From positions 1-64,000 of IMG/VR virus record IMGVR_UViG_3300044782_000021: a DNA stretch of 64,000 nt; one strand, 5' to 3'. The position numbers and the translations under genes were made by a program. Source of the DNA: a virus. This document shows, piece after piece, positions 7,906 through 16,521 of this stretch (positions are counted from its first letter, which is position 1; each line of letters begins with the position of its first letter). Below the pieces are notes generated by a model. That model was not told the origin of the DNA, ran no database searches, and saw only the letters and a list, made by a program, of their open reading frames with translations.

Positions 7906-8153
7906 CGCGCAGCGGCGAGGGTCGCATGGTGCGATCACACGAACCGACCTATATCAAGAGGTTGATGGCCGACAAAACACCGGTCACGGCGACGGTGATG
8001 GTGTCGGGCGTGATCGTCGGGTATGGCACGTTTGTCGATGGACAAGTCAAACACGTCGTGATCACAGATAGTGCGGGTCAGAAGCATGTGGTGGAGGGCT
8101 TGCACCGAATCGAACCGAGTGGCGCGGCTGACCATCAGAACCTGGAGGGCTGA
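7902..8153 (+). CDS. hypothetical protein, possible Sm/Hfq-like fold (C-terminal GAADHQ motif)
   Basis: 83 aa; ATGA overlap. TPVTATVMVSGVIVGYGTFVDGQVKHVV...QKHVVEGLHRIEP aligns by eye with Hfq [27 protein letters not shown]...[13 protein letters not shown]. Confidence 0.55.
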   Translation: MTRSGEGRMVRSHEPTYIKRLMADKTPVTATVMVSGVIVGYGTFVDGQVKHVVITDSAGQKHVVEGLHRIEPSGAADHQNLEG

Positions 8154-8156
8154 CCG

Positions 8157-8555
8157 ATGGACCTCGATGATCAAGAAGAGCTGTTCGACGCGACGATCCT
8201 GGCCCGGGTCGCCAAGCTACCCGAATGGACCAAAGACCTGATTCACCAGCTCGACGAGGGCCGACGGACGGCGCTGGCCGAGCGTGACACCGCTGAGCGG
8301 CTCCTTCGCGAGCACACCTCGAAACAGGTCGTTGGCGAGACCCCTGCGGCCATCGCCGCCACCAGGTTCCACTACCACCTGGGCGACCAGACATACATGA
8401 TCCCGGCTGACGCCGACGTCGCCGTGCACATCGGTGACGGGCCGGTTCTCGACCTCGTCGTCACCGATGGCCGGCTCCGCGTCGAATCCGCGTCGTCGAC
8501 CGTCTACGTCCGTCCGCTTGACCGCAACACCGTATCGATCGGAGTTCAGCGATGA
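8157..8555 (+). CDS. hypothetical protein
   Basis: 132 aa ORF, tightly packed. Confidence 0.6.
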   Translation: MDLDDQEELFDATILARVAKLPEWTKDLIHQLDEGRRTALAERDTAERLLREHTSKQVVGETPAAIAATRFHYHLGDQTYMIPADADVAVHIGDGPVLDLVVTDGRLRVESASSTVYVRPLDRNTVSIGVQR

Positions 8556-8872
8556 GCGAGCGAGCCGATGCCCACATGGAGATCCACTATTCCGGGGAGT
8601 GGGCCGCGCTTTACGTGGACGGCCAGCTTGAAACCGTTGGCGACAGCCCCAACACCATCGAGCAGGCGCTTGCCATTCTGGGCGTCAAGGAGATCCACAG
8701 CTCCGCGTTCATGCGCGGGCAGAGCAAGGCCGACGGGGTAGCCCGCAACCTCAGTGATGTCGAGCTGTACCGCAGGGAGCTTGACGATCGGATCGAGCGG
8801 GCCATGCGACTGCGGCGTGAGGCGGCCGAGAAGGTCGCCGAAGCGAAGAGATTGGAGGACCTCGATGGATAA
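8552..8872 (+). CDS. hypothetical protein
   Basis: 106 aa; ATGA overlap. Confidence 0.6.
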   Translation: MSERADAHMEIHYSGEWAALYVDGQLETVGDSPNTIEQALAILGVKEIHSSAFMRGQSKADGVARNLSDVELYRRELDDRIERAMRLRREAAEKVAEAKRLEDLDG

Positions 8873-9047
8873 TAAGCCGATCGTCGTCAGCCTGGCCAAC
8901 GGCCTGGTAGACATCCGGGTCGAGCCCGGTCGTCCAGTGCGTATCCAGGCGTTCGACACCCACGAAGAGAAGGAATGGTGGGACCTGCCCGACGTGGAGG
9001 CCCTGGCCCTGTATGACGCGCTGCGCGGCTGGTACGACGAACGATGA
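8865..9047 (+). CDS. hypothetical protein
   Basis: 60 aa from ATG 8865 (GGAGGA RBS) in frame of ORF 8754..9047. Confidence 0.5.
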   Translation: MDNKPIVVSLANGLVDIRVEPGRPVRIQAFDTHEEKEWWDLPDVEALALYDALRGWYDER

Positions 9048-9334
9048 CCATCCACTATGGACCGAGACGGCTCGTGCACTACGTCACGACCCCGTCCGGC
9101 CTGATCATCCGAGGGAGAGTGATGTACGACGAGCGCGGCGAGCCCAGCGAGGGGCTTGTCAACGACTGGAACATCCACAACGATCACGCCGAAGACGGCG
9201 GTCAGGGTGACCACCTCGACGAGGCAAGCTCTGACGCTGTGCTCGACGCCCTCGACCGCTGGCAGGACGGCTACGCCGAAGCGCCTGTGTCCACCGGTGC
9301 CGACGAGGTCGAATACGCGCGAGGAGACGAATGA
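9044..9334 (+). CDS. hypothetical protein
   Basis: 96 aa; ATGA overlap. Confidence 0.6.
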   Translation: MTIHYGPRRLVHYVTTPSGLIIRGRVMYDERGEPSEGLVNDWNIHNDHAEDGGQGDHLDEASSDAVLDALDRWQDGYAEAPVSTGADEVEYARGDE

Positions 9335-9510
9335 AGGTCAGCACCGGCGCCCTGTTGGCTGGTGCCGGCCTCATCGTCATCGGCGGTGGTACCGCCAATG
9401 AGGTCGCCAACCGGCCTGGTCCACAACCAGGGCTCGCCGTCGCGGCCATGCTCCTGATCGGTGTCGGCGCCGTCCTCGTCCTCCTCGGACTGGGGTGGGG
9501 GCGTCGGTGA
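9331..9510 (+). CDS. small membrane protein (2 TM)
   Basis: 59 aa, below ORF-track cutoff; ATGA overlap; MKVSTGALLAGAGLIVIGGG...LAVAAMLLIGVGAVLVLLGLGW. Confidence 0.5.
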   Translation: MKVSTGALLAGAGLIVIGGGTANEVANRPGPQPGLAVAAMLLIGVGAVLVLLGLGWGRR

Positions 9511-9680
9511 GACTACTGAAAGCCGGCGGCTTCCTCGCCCTGACCGGCATGCTCGGCTTCGTCCTTACTTGGATCATGCGCATTCCGGTCGACGACACCA
9601 CCCGCAACGTCTTCGTCGGGATGGTCGTCATCGGAGTCGGACTCATCGTCAAGGGATTCGGTCAGGCCACCAGGCTCTGA
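9507..9680 (+). CDS. small membrane protein (2 TM)
   Basis: 57 aa from GTG 9507 (GTGA overlap) in frame of ORF 9495..9680. Confidence 0.5.
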   Translation: MRLLKAGGFLALTGMLGFVLTWIMRIPVDDTTRNVFVGMVVIGVGLIVKGFGQATRL

Positions 9681-9710
9681 ACAGCAAACGGCGCCGAGCA
9701 ATTGCCACGA

Positions 9711-9770
9711 AAAAGGCCCGATACCGGATCGGACGCCACCACGCGTTCCGAAATTGGTATCGGGCCTTTT
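9711..9770 (+). terminator. terminator-like hairpin with 30-nt loop
   Basis: 15-bp arms AAAAGGCCCGATACC / GGTATCGGGCCTTTT; 30-nt loop containing TTCCGAAA; 3' arm ends in TTTT. Confidence 0.6.
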
Positions 9771-9893
9771 CGTGCCCGCCGCTTCACTCCGTAGCCTGCC
9801 CCCCGGCGCGTGCTCATGCCGAAGTCTGGCGCCATCGTAGCAGCGGCCGGCCGGATCTCCGCACCGATCGTCAGGACATCACCATGTGGCGTC

Positions 9894-9922
9894 TGGCGAA
9901 TAGTCGCGCGAAGGGTTAGGGT
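9894..9922 (+). promoter_or_regulatory. possible promoter for near-leaderless XRE gene
   Basis: -10 TAGGGT 9917-9922 lies 9 nt before ATG 9932; -35 region TGGCGA is weak. Confidence 0.3.
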
Positions 9923-9931
9923 GAGCGTCCC

Positions 9932-10177
9932 ATGAATGATCTTCCCGGGGGGACCGCGCTGCGGACCCCGACGTTCTCCCCCGCCCGCCTGCGTGCAGCC
10001 CGCGTCCGGAAGGGCCTGACGCAGGAGCAGGCCGCCGGACAGATCGGCCGCGTGCTGTCCACCTACGTCCGGTACGAGCTGGGCTACCTGGAGCCCTCCA
10101 TCGACGCGCTCGGCGCGCTGTGCGTGGCCCTGGACGTGCCGGTAGGCGCACTGTTCGACGACCCGCGCAACGAGTGA
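9932..10177 (+). CDS. XRE-family (Cro/CI-type) helix-turn-helix transcriptional regulator
   Basis: 81 aa; LRAARVRKGLTQEQAAGQIGRVLSTYVRYELGYLEPSIDALGALCVALDV is a typical HTH_XRE pattern. Confidence 0.8.
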   Translation: MNDLPGGTALRTPTFSPARLRAARVRKGLTQEQAAGQIGRVLSTYVRYELGYLEPSIDALGALCVALDVPVGALFDDPRNE

Positions 10178-10203
10178 GGCGGCCGGTTCCCGCCGGTCGC
10201 CTC
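10176..10203 (+). terminator. hairpin overlapping the XRE stop codon
   Basis: GAGGCGGCCGG-TTCCCG-CCGGTCGCCTC, 11 bp with one G-U pair. Confidence 0.55.
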
Positions 10204-10305
10204 ATACCCGAAATGTGAAACCGTCCTATTGCGACTTGTGCGACTTGAGGACTGATTATAGATGAATATGGAATTTCCGCACCCCCAATCCGGTGGGGTG
10301 AACCG

Positions 10306-11346
10306 GTGACCGTCACGGCGGTCGCCGTGATGGCGCAGACGTACGCGCACGCCGGCTGGAAGGTGTTCCCACTGTGGTGGGTGCGGCCCTGGACGCCGCC
10401 GGACCGCCGGCACGGCGAAGCTGGTACCGGACTGATCTGCGCCTGTCCGGCCGGCGGTAGTTGCAAGAGCCCCGGCAAGCATCCGCTGTTTCCCCTCGCG
10501 CACCGCAAGGGCGATCCGACGGCGGCGCGCTGCGCGGGCGGCTGCGGTGCCACCGGCCACGGGGTGAATGACGCGACCGCCGACGCGCGGGTGGTGGCCC
10601 GCTGGTGGGAGGTCAGCCCTTTGGCCAACATTGGCATTCCAGCCGGCGGCAACGCCCTGGCCATCCTCGACGTTGATCCGGCGCACGGCGGCGACCGGTC
10701 CTTTGCCCGGCTGCGGGCCTGGATGGCCGACCGGGACTACATGTGGCCGGCCGGCCACGTCGGGCCGCACACCACCTTGGTGCAGCGCACCGGCAGCGGC
10801 GGCGAGCACTGGGTGTTTCAGGCCCCGCCCGGCGGCGTGATCAACAAGTCGAAGGCGTTCGGCCGGGACATGCCGGGCCTGGACACGCGCGGCCGTGGCG
10901 GGTATGTGGTCGGTTCGCCGTCGATGCACGCGTCGGGCCAGCCATATTCGTGGGTAGATTTCTTCGTCGACCTGGCCCCGTGGCCGGCGCTGCTGTCTTC
11001 GCTCATCGACCCGCCGCGCCTCGTCGCCCCGATCATCGTGGAGTCCGACATTCCGGCCGAGTTCTCCGGCGTCGACCGGTACGCGGCGGCGGCCGTGGTC
11101 GCGGAGCTCAACGAGGTGCGCGGCGCACCGGAGGGGCAGCGCAACGACACGCTCAACTCGGCGGCGTTCTCCATCGGCCAGTTCGTCGGGGCTGGCCGCC
11201 TGGATGAGCGGCTCGCGTTCCGGGAGCTGTGTGCTGCCGCCCACGGGGTGGGGCTGGAGCAGCGGGAGATCGAAAAGTCGGTGCTGTCGGGGCTGCGTGG
11301 CGGGAAGAGCCGCCCACGGCGGGGGCGGTCCGGGGGTGACGGGTGA
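10306..11346 (+). CDS. bifunctional DNA primase/polymerase (Prim-Pol, N-terminal domain family)
   Basis: 346 aa; GWKVFPL..., HGVNDAT.D...V..WW, NIGIPAGGNALAILDVDP, VQRTGSGGEHWVF and GGYVVGSPS motifs typical of Prim-Pol. Confidence 0.85.
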   Translation: MTVTAVAVMAQTYAHAGWKVFPLWWVRPWTPPDRRHGEAGTGLICACPAGGSCKSPGKHPLFPLAHRKGDPTAARCAGGCGATGHGVNDATADARVVARWWEVSPLANIGIPAGGNALAILDVDPAHGGDRSFARLRAWMADRDYMWPAGHVGPHTTLVQRTGSGGEHWVFQAPPGGVINKSKAFGRDMPGLDTRGRGGYVVGSPSMHASGQPYSWVDFFVDLAPWPALLSSLIDPPRLVAPIIVESDIPAEFSGVDRYAAAAVVAELNEVRGAPEGQRNDTLNSAAFSIGQFVGAGRLDERLAFRELCAAAHGVGLEQREIEKSVLSGLRGGKSRPRRGRSGGDG

Positions 11347-12800
11347 GCGAGGAACGGGGCAAGGTGGATTGGTCCGACATCGACCAGATGGCGGCGCCGT
11401 CGTCGAATGGGTTGCCGCCCACGAATGGTGTGCCGGTCGACGAGCTGTTCGAAAACGCGCAGAAGGTCGAGAAGGCCGAAAAGATGCTGTCGCTGTTGGG
11501 TAAGGACCCGGCGGCGTGGCTGGAGCAGATGCGCACCGAGGGCGATCCGGTGAAGCAGATGATCCGGGTGTTTGAGCGGTATCAGGTGCATTCGGCGGAC
11601 AAGGAGGCCCGGAAGCTCGCGGATGGTGGTGCGGCCGGCGGCCGGCGGCTGCGGGTGACGGCGGCGTCAGAGTTCGCGATGAAGGCTGTGCGGTGGGTGT
11701 GGGCGGGCCGGATGCCGATGGGGGAGATCACGCTCATTCCTGGCCGCGAGGGTGTGGGGAAGTCGACGTTTCTGGCGTGGATGGCGGCGGCGGTGACGAC
11801 GGGGGTGTTGCCGGGCATGTGGGCGGGGGTGCCGCGCAGTGTGTTGTACGCGGCTACGGAGGATTCGTGGGAGCACACGATCCGGCCACGGATGGAGGCG
11901 GCGGGCGCCGATCTCGGCCGGGTGTTCCGACTCGACGCGGAACAGGACGGCGGGTATGGGAAGTTGTCGCTGCCGGTGGATACGCGGCTCATTCCGGAGA
12001 TCGCCGGGGAGACGGGTGCGGCGGTGCTGATGTGTGATCCGATCATTTCGTTGGTGTCTGATCAGATCAACACGTTCAAGGCGCAGGAGTTGCGTGGAGC
12101 ACTGGAGCCGTTGAAACGGGCGGCTGAGGAGGCCGGTATCTGCGTGGCGGCTCTGGTCCATTTCAACAAGGCCAAGGACACCGATGTCCTGTCGATGATT
12201 TCGGGGTCGCGGGCGTGGTCTGAGGTGGCCCGCGCGGTCATTGCCATTGCCCGGGACAAGGATGCTGAGGATTACACGTGCGTGGTGTCGCAGGTGAAAA
12301 ACAACCTGGGCCGGTCTGATTTGCCGCACCTGACGTACACCATCGACAACAAAGAGTTGAGAGATGCCGAAAACAATCCGGTGCATATTGGCGCGCTGCG
12401 GTGGATGGGGGATTCGGATCGTGGTGTTGAAGATCTTCTCGCGCAGGCACACGTCAAAGAGAATGTAGGCGATTCGACCAAGGCGGTTATTAATTTTGTG
12501 GTGGCGCGGTACGCGGAGACGGGGCGGCCGGTGTCGACGAAGGATGTCGTTGACCAGTTCGCACCGGACCAGTCGGCCGAGAATTCGCGGAAGATCCTGA
12601 GTCGGTGTGTGACTCGGGGTGGTCTGCGCAAGGTTGTGCATGGCCACTACGCACCGCCGGACGAGCAGCGGCTGTGTCCGGGGTGTAGCCGGCCGGCGGC
12701 TGCCGGGGAGAACTACTGCGCTCCGTGTCGACAGAGCCTCGACCACGCAGATCGTCAACAAAGGGTCACAACGGATGATGATGGTCTTTTTCCCCGGTAG
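11343..12800 (+). CDS. AAA/RecA-like ATPase, RepA/DnaB-like replicative helicase
   Basis: 485 aa; overlaps the primase stop; Walker A GREGVGKST; Walker B-like VLMCDPI; C-terminal CPGC...CAPC. Confidence 0.8.
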   Translation: MSEERGKVDWSDIDQMAAPSSNGLPPTNGVPVDELFENAQKVEKAEKMLSLLGKDPAAWLEQMRTEGDPVKQMIRVFERYQVHSADKEARKLADGGAAGGRRLRVTAASEFAMKAVRWVWAGRMPMGEITLIPGREGVGKSTFLAWMAAAVTTGVLPGMWAGVPRSVLYAATEDSWEHTIRPRMEAAGADLGRVFRLDAEQDGGYGKLSLPVDTRLIPEIAGETGAAVLMCDPIISLVSDQINTFKAQELRGALEPLKRAAEEAGICVAALVHFNKAKDTDVLSMISGSRAWSEVARAVIAIARDKDAEDYTCVVSQVKNNLGRSDLPHLTYTIDNKELRDAENNPVHIGALRWMGDSDRGVEDLLAQAHVKENVGDSTKAVINFVVARYAETGRPVSTKDVVDQFAPDQSAENSRKILSRCVTRGGLRKVVHGHYAPPDEQRLCPGCSRPAAAGENYCAPCRQSLDHADRQQRVTTDDDGLFPR

Positions 12801-12807
12801 GTGGGGT

Positions 12808-13096
12808 GTGACGGGGGTGGGTGCCTGTCACGTCTGGAGATGTGACAGTGCCACCCCTTTGTGGATCTTGGGTCACGTTTCTGACCTGGGGTGGCGCACT
12901 CCGGAGCGTGACGCCTCTCGCGCGCGATACCCCTGTCACACTGTCACATCTGTCATTATCCCTGCTTAAAGTGTGTGTGACATATATTTTGAGGTATACG
13001 AGAGGGTGTCATTATTGAGGATGTGTCACACTACAGAGAGTAACAATGAGTGGAATGTGACAGCGTGACAGTGTGACGGGTGTGATTCCTGTGATG
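12808..13096. repeat. GTGAC(A/G) iteron cluster flanking an AT-rich core; candidate replication origin or regulator landing pad
   Basis: About 16 GTGAC cores. TGTCAC/TGTCAT direct copies at 12934, 12942, 12951; AT-rich 12955-13020; GTGACA/GTGACG/GTGATT/GTGATG direct copies at 13057, 13065, 13073, 13082, 13091; further copies at 12808, 12826, 12842, 12872, 12908, 12977, 13007, 13024. Confidence 0.6.
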
Positions 13097-13206
13097 ACCC
13101 GAGCGCGCATGGCGAGCGCGCGTATCACGTACGCTCGCCTAAGGCAATGAAAACCCCGGCACGGCTGGCACCGTCCGGGGTCCGGCTGACTGGAGAAAGA
13201 GTCAAC

Positions 13207-13401
13207 ATGGCGAAGCGTAATGCCCAGGACTGGCCAGAGCGTGAAATTGATCGACTTCAGCTACGGATCGAAACTCAGCAGATCTGGCGGGTTGGTCTTC
13301 TTGCTCGTGTCCAACAGGCCGACATCGCGATCACCGAGGCGCAATCCCACATTGGATATCTGAAGGATATTATTGTCTCAAGGGCTGAAAAACTGGAATA
13401 A
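13207..13401 (+). CDS. hypothetical coiled-coil protein
   Basis: 64 aa from ATG 13207 (GGAGAAAGA RBS) in frame of ORF 13147..13401; visibly AT-richer than surroundings. Confidence 0.45.
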   Translation: MAKRNAQDWPEREIDRLQLRIETQQIWRVGLLARVQQADIAITEAQSHIGYLKDIIVSRAEKLE

Positions 13402-13512
13402 TCTATAATATGGGCTGATAGCTCCCGGAATACCGCTAAACGGTACAAACGGACTATCAGCTCATAACCGTTCGGCCACCACAGCCCGAAAGGGCTCCGA
13501 GCAGGGAAAAGG

Positions 13513-14421
13513 ATGTGGATCATGAGCGTTGGCAAGATAGTTAGCATGCCTAACCAATTCGGCGACCAGATAGTTAGCGCCACTAACAAACCTGCGGTCG
13601 CCGAGCGCTGCCCGTGCGGCGATTCAGAGCATTCCCGCTGGTTGGTGGCCGGCACCTGGACCTGCGAGCCGTACCCGTGCCAGTGCGCCGGCCGCCCTTC
13701 GTGGGCGGAAAGCTGCTGGTACCGGCACAAGATCACACACAAGATGATCAGCCGTTGCTACTGCTCGACCCGCGAGCGTCACAAGGAGTTGCCACACGAT
13801 TGCTGCGCGTGGGAGGTTCGTAATCCTCGCCACCTCGACGAGGCGAGCCCGCTCAGCCCGCCCAGTTCGCCGCTGAGCGTTGGGGGGTCACCGAGGTACC
13901 CGAACGCCGTCGTGGGCGGCCAGGAGCAACTCACGGCTGGCGGAATGGACCTTATCGACGAGCTGGCACCCCGTCCGGTCGAAGACCTGTGGACGCTCGA
14001 CCCGTCCGACCCGGAGGACGTCGAAGCGACCGCGCTGTACGTCGAGCCCGGCGAATTCGTCGCCGACCACCCTGTGAGCGCTCCGACGAACACCTCGACG
14101 AGCGGCCGGAAGCGCCGTGCCAGCGCCACGCAATCCGTCGAGACTGTGACATTGCCGGCGCTCGTCCGCCGCTATAGTCACGCTGAGTGTCACTGTGGTT
14201 GCGCAACGCCATGGGATGGGCAAAAAGTGTCAAGTGGGTACCACTGCCCCAATTGTCACAGTAATTGGACCAACCTCGGGACCGCCGAACACCACCGGCG
14301 GCGGATGTCCGGCGTCTGCCGGCTGCCGGGCGATGTGGTCGACGTCGACACGGGCCGCAGGTTGCTCGCGGCGCGCTCCGTGGGCGGCTTCGAGGTCTGG
14401 GGGCCGGTGGCGTACGCTTGA
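13513..14421 (+). CDS. Cys-rich zinc-finger protein (C-terminal FDxHR-like CxxCH...HH..C motif)
   Basis: 302 aa; many CxC/CxxC; C-terminal YHCPNCHSNWTNLGTAEHHRRRMSGVCRLP. Confidence 0.6.
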   Translation: MWIMSVGKIVSMPNQFGDQIVSATNKPAVAERCPCGDSEHSRWLVAGTWTCEPYPCQCAGRPSWAESCWYRHKITHKMISRCYCSTRERHKELPHDCCAWEVRNPRHLDEASPLSPPSSPLSVGGSPRYPNAVVGGQEQLTAGGMDLIDELAPRPVEDLWTLDPSDPEDVEATALYVEPGEFVADHPVSAPTNTSTSGRKRRASATQSVETVTLPALVRRYSHAECHCGCATPWDGQKVSSGYHCPNCHSNWTNLGTAEHHRRRMSGVCRLPGDVVDVDTGRRLLAARSVGGFEVWGPVAYA

Positions 14422-14445
14422 CCAGGCGATCGTTGACCGGGCGTC

Positions 14446-14682
14446 ATGGGCCGCGTCATCGGTGGTATGGTGTCCGGCATGGATCAGAGCATCAAGACCC
14501 GGGAGAACCGTCTCCGGCGGGCCGCCGAGCGCCAGGGCCTGGCCCTGCGCAAGTCGCGGACCCGTGACCCCCGCGCACTCACTTATGGTCGGTACTGGCT
14601 CACGGACGGTACGGGAGTGGCGACGTGGAGCACGGCGGCCGGCGTCACGCTCGACCAGATCGAGCAGGAGTTGAACTCATGA
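14446..14682 (+). CDS. hypothetical protein
   Basis: 78 aa ORF; start ambiguous (ATG 14446/14467/14479). Confidence 0.55.
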   Translation: MGRVIGGMVSGMDQSIKTRENRLRRAAERQGLALRKSRTRDPRALTYGRYWLTDGTGVATWSTAAGVTLDQIEQELNS

Positions 14683-15047
14683 GTGACCGCCAGATCATCA
14701 CTGTGGACGGCCGGAGCATCGCATTCCGGCAGGTCGGCTGGATAGGACACACGGACTGCAACTCCGCGCCGGGAAAATGGATCTACGGCATGGATGAAGA
14801 TCCGTCGATCATCGAATCTGGATTCAGCCCACTGTGGGTCGAAGCCCACAATGACGAGGTCGTTTACAGCGGACCCCGCCACGACCAGCTTGACGAGATA
14901 GTCGAATGGGCGCGGGAAGCTGTCAAGGCGCTGCATGCGCCGCACACCACCCACGATTGGGACGGTGTTCCCGAGCGGCCTATCGAGCGCTGCAAGCGTG
15001 ACGACTGCGTCAAGGCGGTCAGACTGCTCTGGCCCGAGGACGACTGA
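14679..15047 (+). CDS. hypothetical protein (paralog of 17905..18315)
   Basis: 122 aa from ATG 14679 (ATGA overlap); shares RQVGWIGH...DEDP...GFSPLW with the 17905 gene. Confidence 0.6.
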   Translation: MSDRQIITVDGRSIAFRQVGWIGHTDCNSAPGKWIYGMDEDPSIIESGFSPLWVEAHNDEVVYSGPRHDQLDEIVEWAREAVKALHAPHTTHDWDGVPERPIERCKRDDCVKAVRLLWPEDD

Positions 15048-15049
15048 AC

Positions 15050-15220
15050 ATGGACAAGCGCACCGCGAAACGGAAGGCGTACTCACATGCGGCCGGCGCG
15101 CTTGATGGCTGCCTGGCCGAGGGCTGGCCCCTCGAACTGTGTGAAAGCGAAGAGGAATACGTCAAGATCAGCGAAGCTTTGAGGGACATAATCCGTCAAC
15201 TGGGGGAGAAGGGCGAATGA
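15050..15220 (+). CDS. hypothetical small protein
   Basis: 56 aa, below ORF-track cutoff; fills the gap exactly between neighbours; MDKRTAKRKAYSHAAGALDGCLAEGWPLELCESEEEYVKISEALRDIIRQLGEKGE. Confidence 0.45.
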   Translation: MDKRTAKRKAYSHAAGALDGCLAEGWPLELCESEEEYVKISEALRDIIRQLGEKGE

Positions 15221-15318
15221 TCGAGGGTGTGCTGTATCTCGTCGGCCTGATCGGGGTCGTCCCGCTCACAGTGGGCGGCTATGTCGCCTGGGCCAATCGC
15301 AAGGACCGGAGGCGGTAA
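15217..15318 (+). CDS. small single-TM membrane protein
   Basis: 33 aa; ATGA overlap upstream and TAATG overlap downstream; MIEGVLYLVGLIGVVPLTVGGYVAWANRKDRRR. Confidence 0.4.
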   Translation: MIEGVLYLVGLIGVVPLTVGGYVAWANRKDRRR

Positions 15319-15632
15319 TGACCGAAACCCTGAAGGTTAATACCGATCCGCCGCGCTATCGCTGCTCGCAGTGCGGCGGCCGGATGCGCCTTGATGGCGG
15401 CTGGGTGTCCTGCCGCACCTGCTCACTGTCAATCTCCGATCGCCGGTACGGGCGGTGGACGCCGCTCCGGCTCGCGCTCACCCTGCCGTCCTGGCGGTGG
15501 TGGCACGTCTTCAGTCCCCTCGGTCCGGTGTTTGGCCGCGTCTACCGGGTGCGGGCACGACTCGTGCACCGCATCGGCCGGCATTACCGGGTGCAGGACG
15601 GTTGTTGCAGTTGGTGCGGGAGGCGGCCATGA
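15318..15632 (+). CDS. zinc-ribbon protein
   Basis: 104 aa; CSQCGG...CRTC and CCSWCG. Confidence 0.55.
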   Translation: MTETLKVNTDPPRYRCSQCGGRMRLDGGWVSCRTCSLSISDRRYGRWTPLRLALTLPSWRWWHVFSPLGPVFGRVYRVRARLVHRIGRHYRVQDGCCSWCGRRP

Positions 15633-16039
15633 CCACGCCCCCGGTGGTCCGCTTCTTCCTGTCGCTCTACCGCCAGACTGACGCCGATGTCGCATGCGGC
15701 GGATGGATGGGCGGTGGCGGCAAGCTTTACGTTCGTAATGTCCCTACCTGGTTTCTACCCCTCGTCGGCGATGACGTGATGTTGTGGCCGACCGAGGAGG
15801 AGGGTGACTCCGGCCCGACATGGGAGGTGAAACGCCGCTACTGGCGTCCGTCCGGCGCGGTGGACGTGGAGTTGATCGACATGCAGGTTGACCCGCCCGA
15901 AGAGATCGTGAAGGAACTCCGCACGACCGCCGCCCCGGGGCTTCCGCCGTACCGGCGCACCTGGTGGACGAACATCGACGGTGACCCCGAAGCCCAGTTG
16001 CTCGCGGGTGGCTGGCAACGCTACAGGGGGCTGTCATGA
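15629..16039 (+). CDS. hypothetical protein
   Basis: 136 aa from ATG 15629 (ATGA overlap) in frame of ORF 15455..16039. Confidence 0.6.
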   Translation: MTTPPVVRFFLSLYRQTDADVACGGWMGGGGKLYVRNVPTWFLPLVGDDVMLWPTEEEGDSGPTWEVKRRYWRPSGAVDVELIDMQVDPPEEIVKELRTTAAPGLPPYRRTWWTNIDGDPEAQLLAGGWQRYRGLS

Positions 16040-16521
16040 CCGTGCCCGTCGGCCGGCGCCGGATCATCCTCGTCGGCGGAAAACGCCACGGCCAATGGCA
16101 TGACGTACCCGAGGAACTGCCGGAGGAATGGAACGTGCCATGGCCTCCGAGCGCGACAGTGTTCGCCACCTACGTTGAGTCCGATGCCAACATGTTTGAC
16201 GATACATTCAATCGGTTCGATCAGTACTATCGGCAGCATGGTTGGCTGAACCATGGTGCCGGCAACAGGGTTCCGGCTGTGCTCTACGTCGCCGCCGAGG
16301 CATGTGGGGCCAACCGCGCGCACTGGGCGACCTCAGCCGTGCACATCGCTCACTGCTATCACCAGGGCCTGGGTGTCGACTGCTGGCTGCACGAGCGGCC
16401 CGTTAACGTAGAACCCGACCCGAGGTTCGTTGCCCTGCTTGAGGAAATCGCGTACCGGCGGAGCCAGCGCGGTGACATTGGCCGGCTCAGTTCGTTGATC
16501 GACAGAATGGAACGTTGGTGA
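16036..16521 (+). CDS. hypothetical protein
   Basis: 161 aa; ATGA overlap. Confidence 0.65.
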   Translation: MTVPVGRRRIILVGGKRHGQWHDVPEELPEEWNVPWPPSATVFATYVESDANMFDDTFNRFDQYYRQHGWLNHGAGNRVPAVLYVAAEACGANRAHWATSAVHIAHCYHQGLGVDCWLHERPVNVEPDPRFVALLEEIAYRRSQRGDIGRLSSLIDRMERW

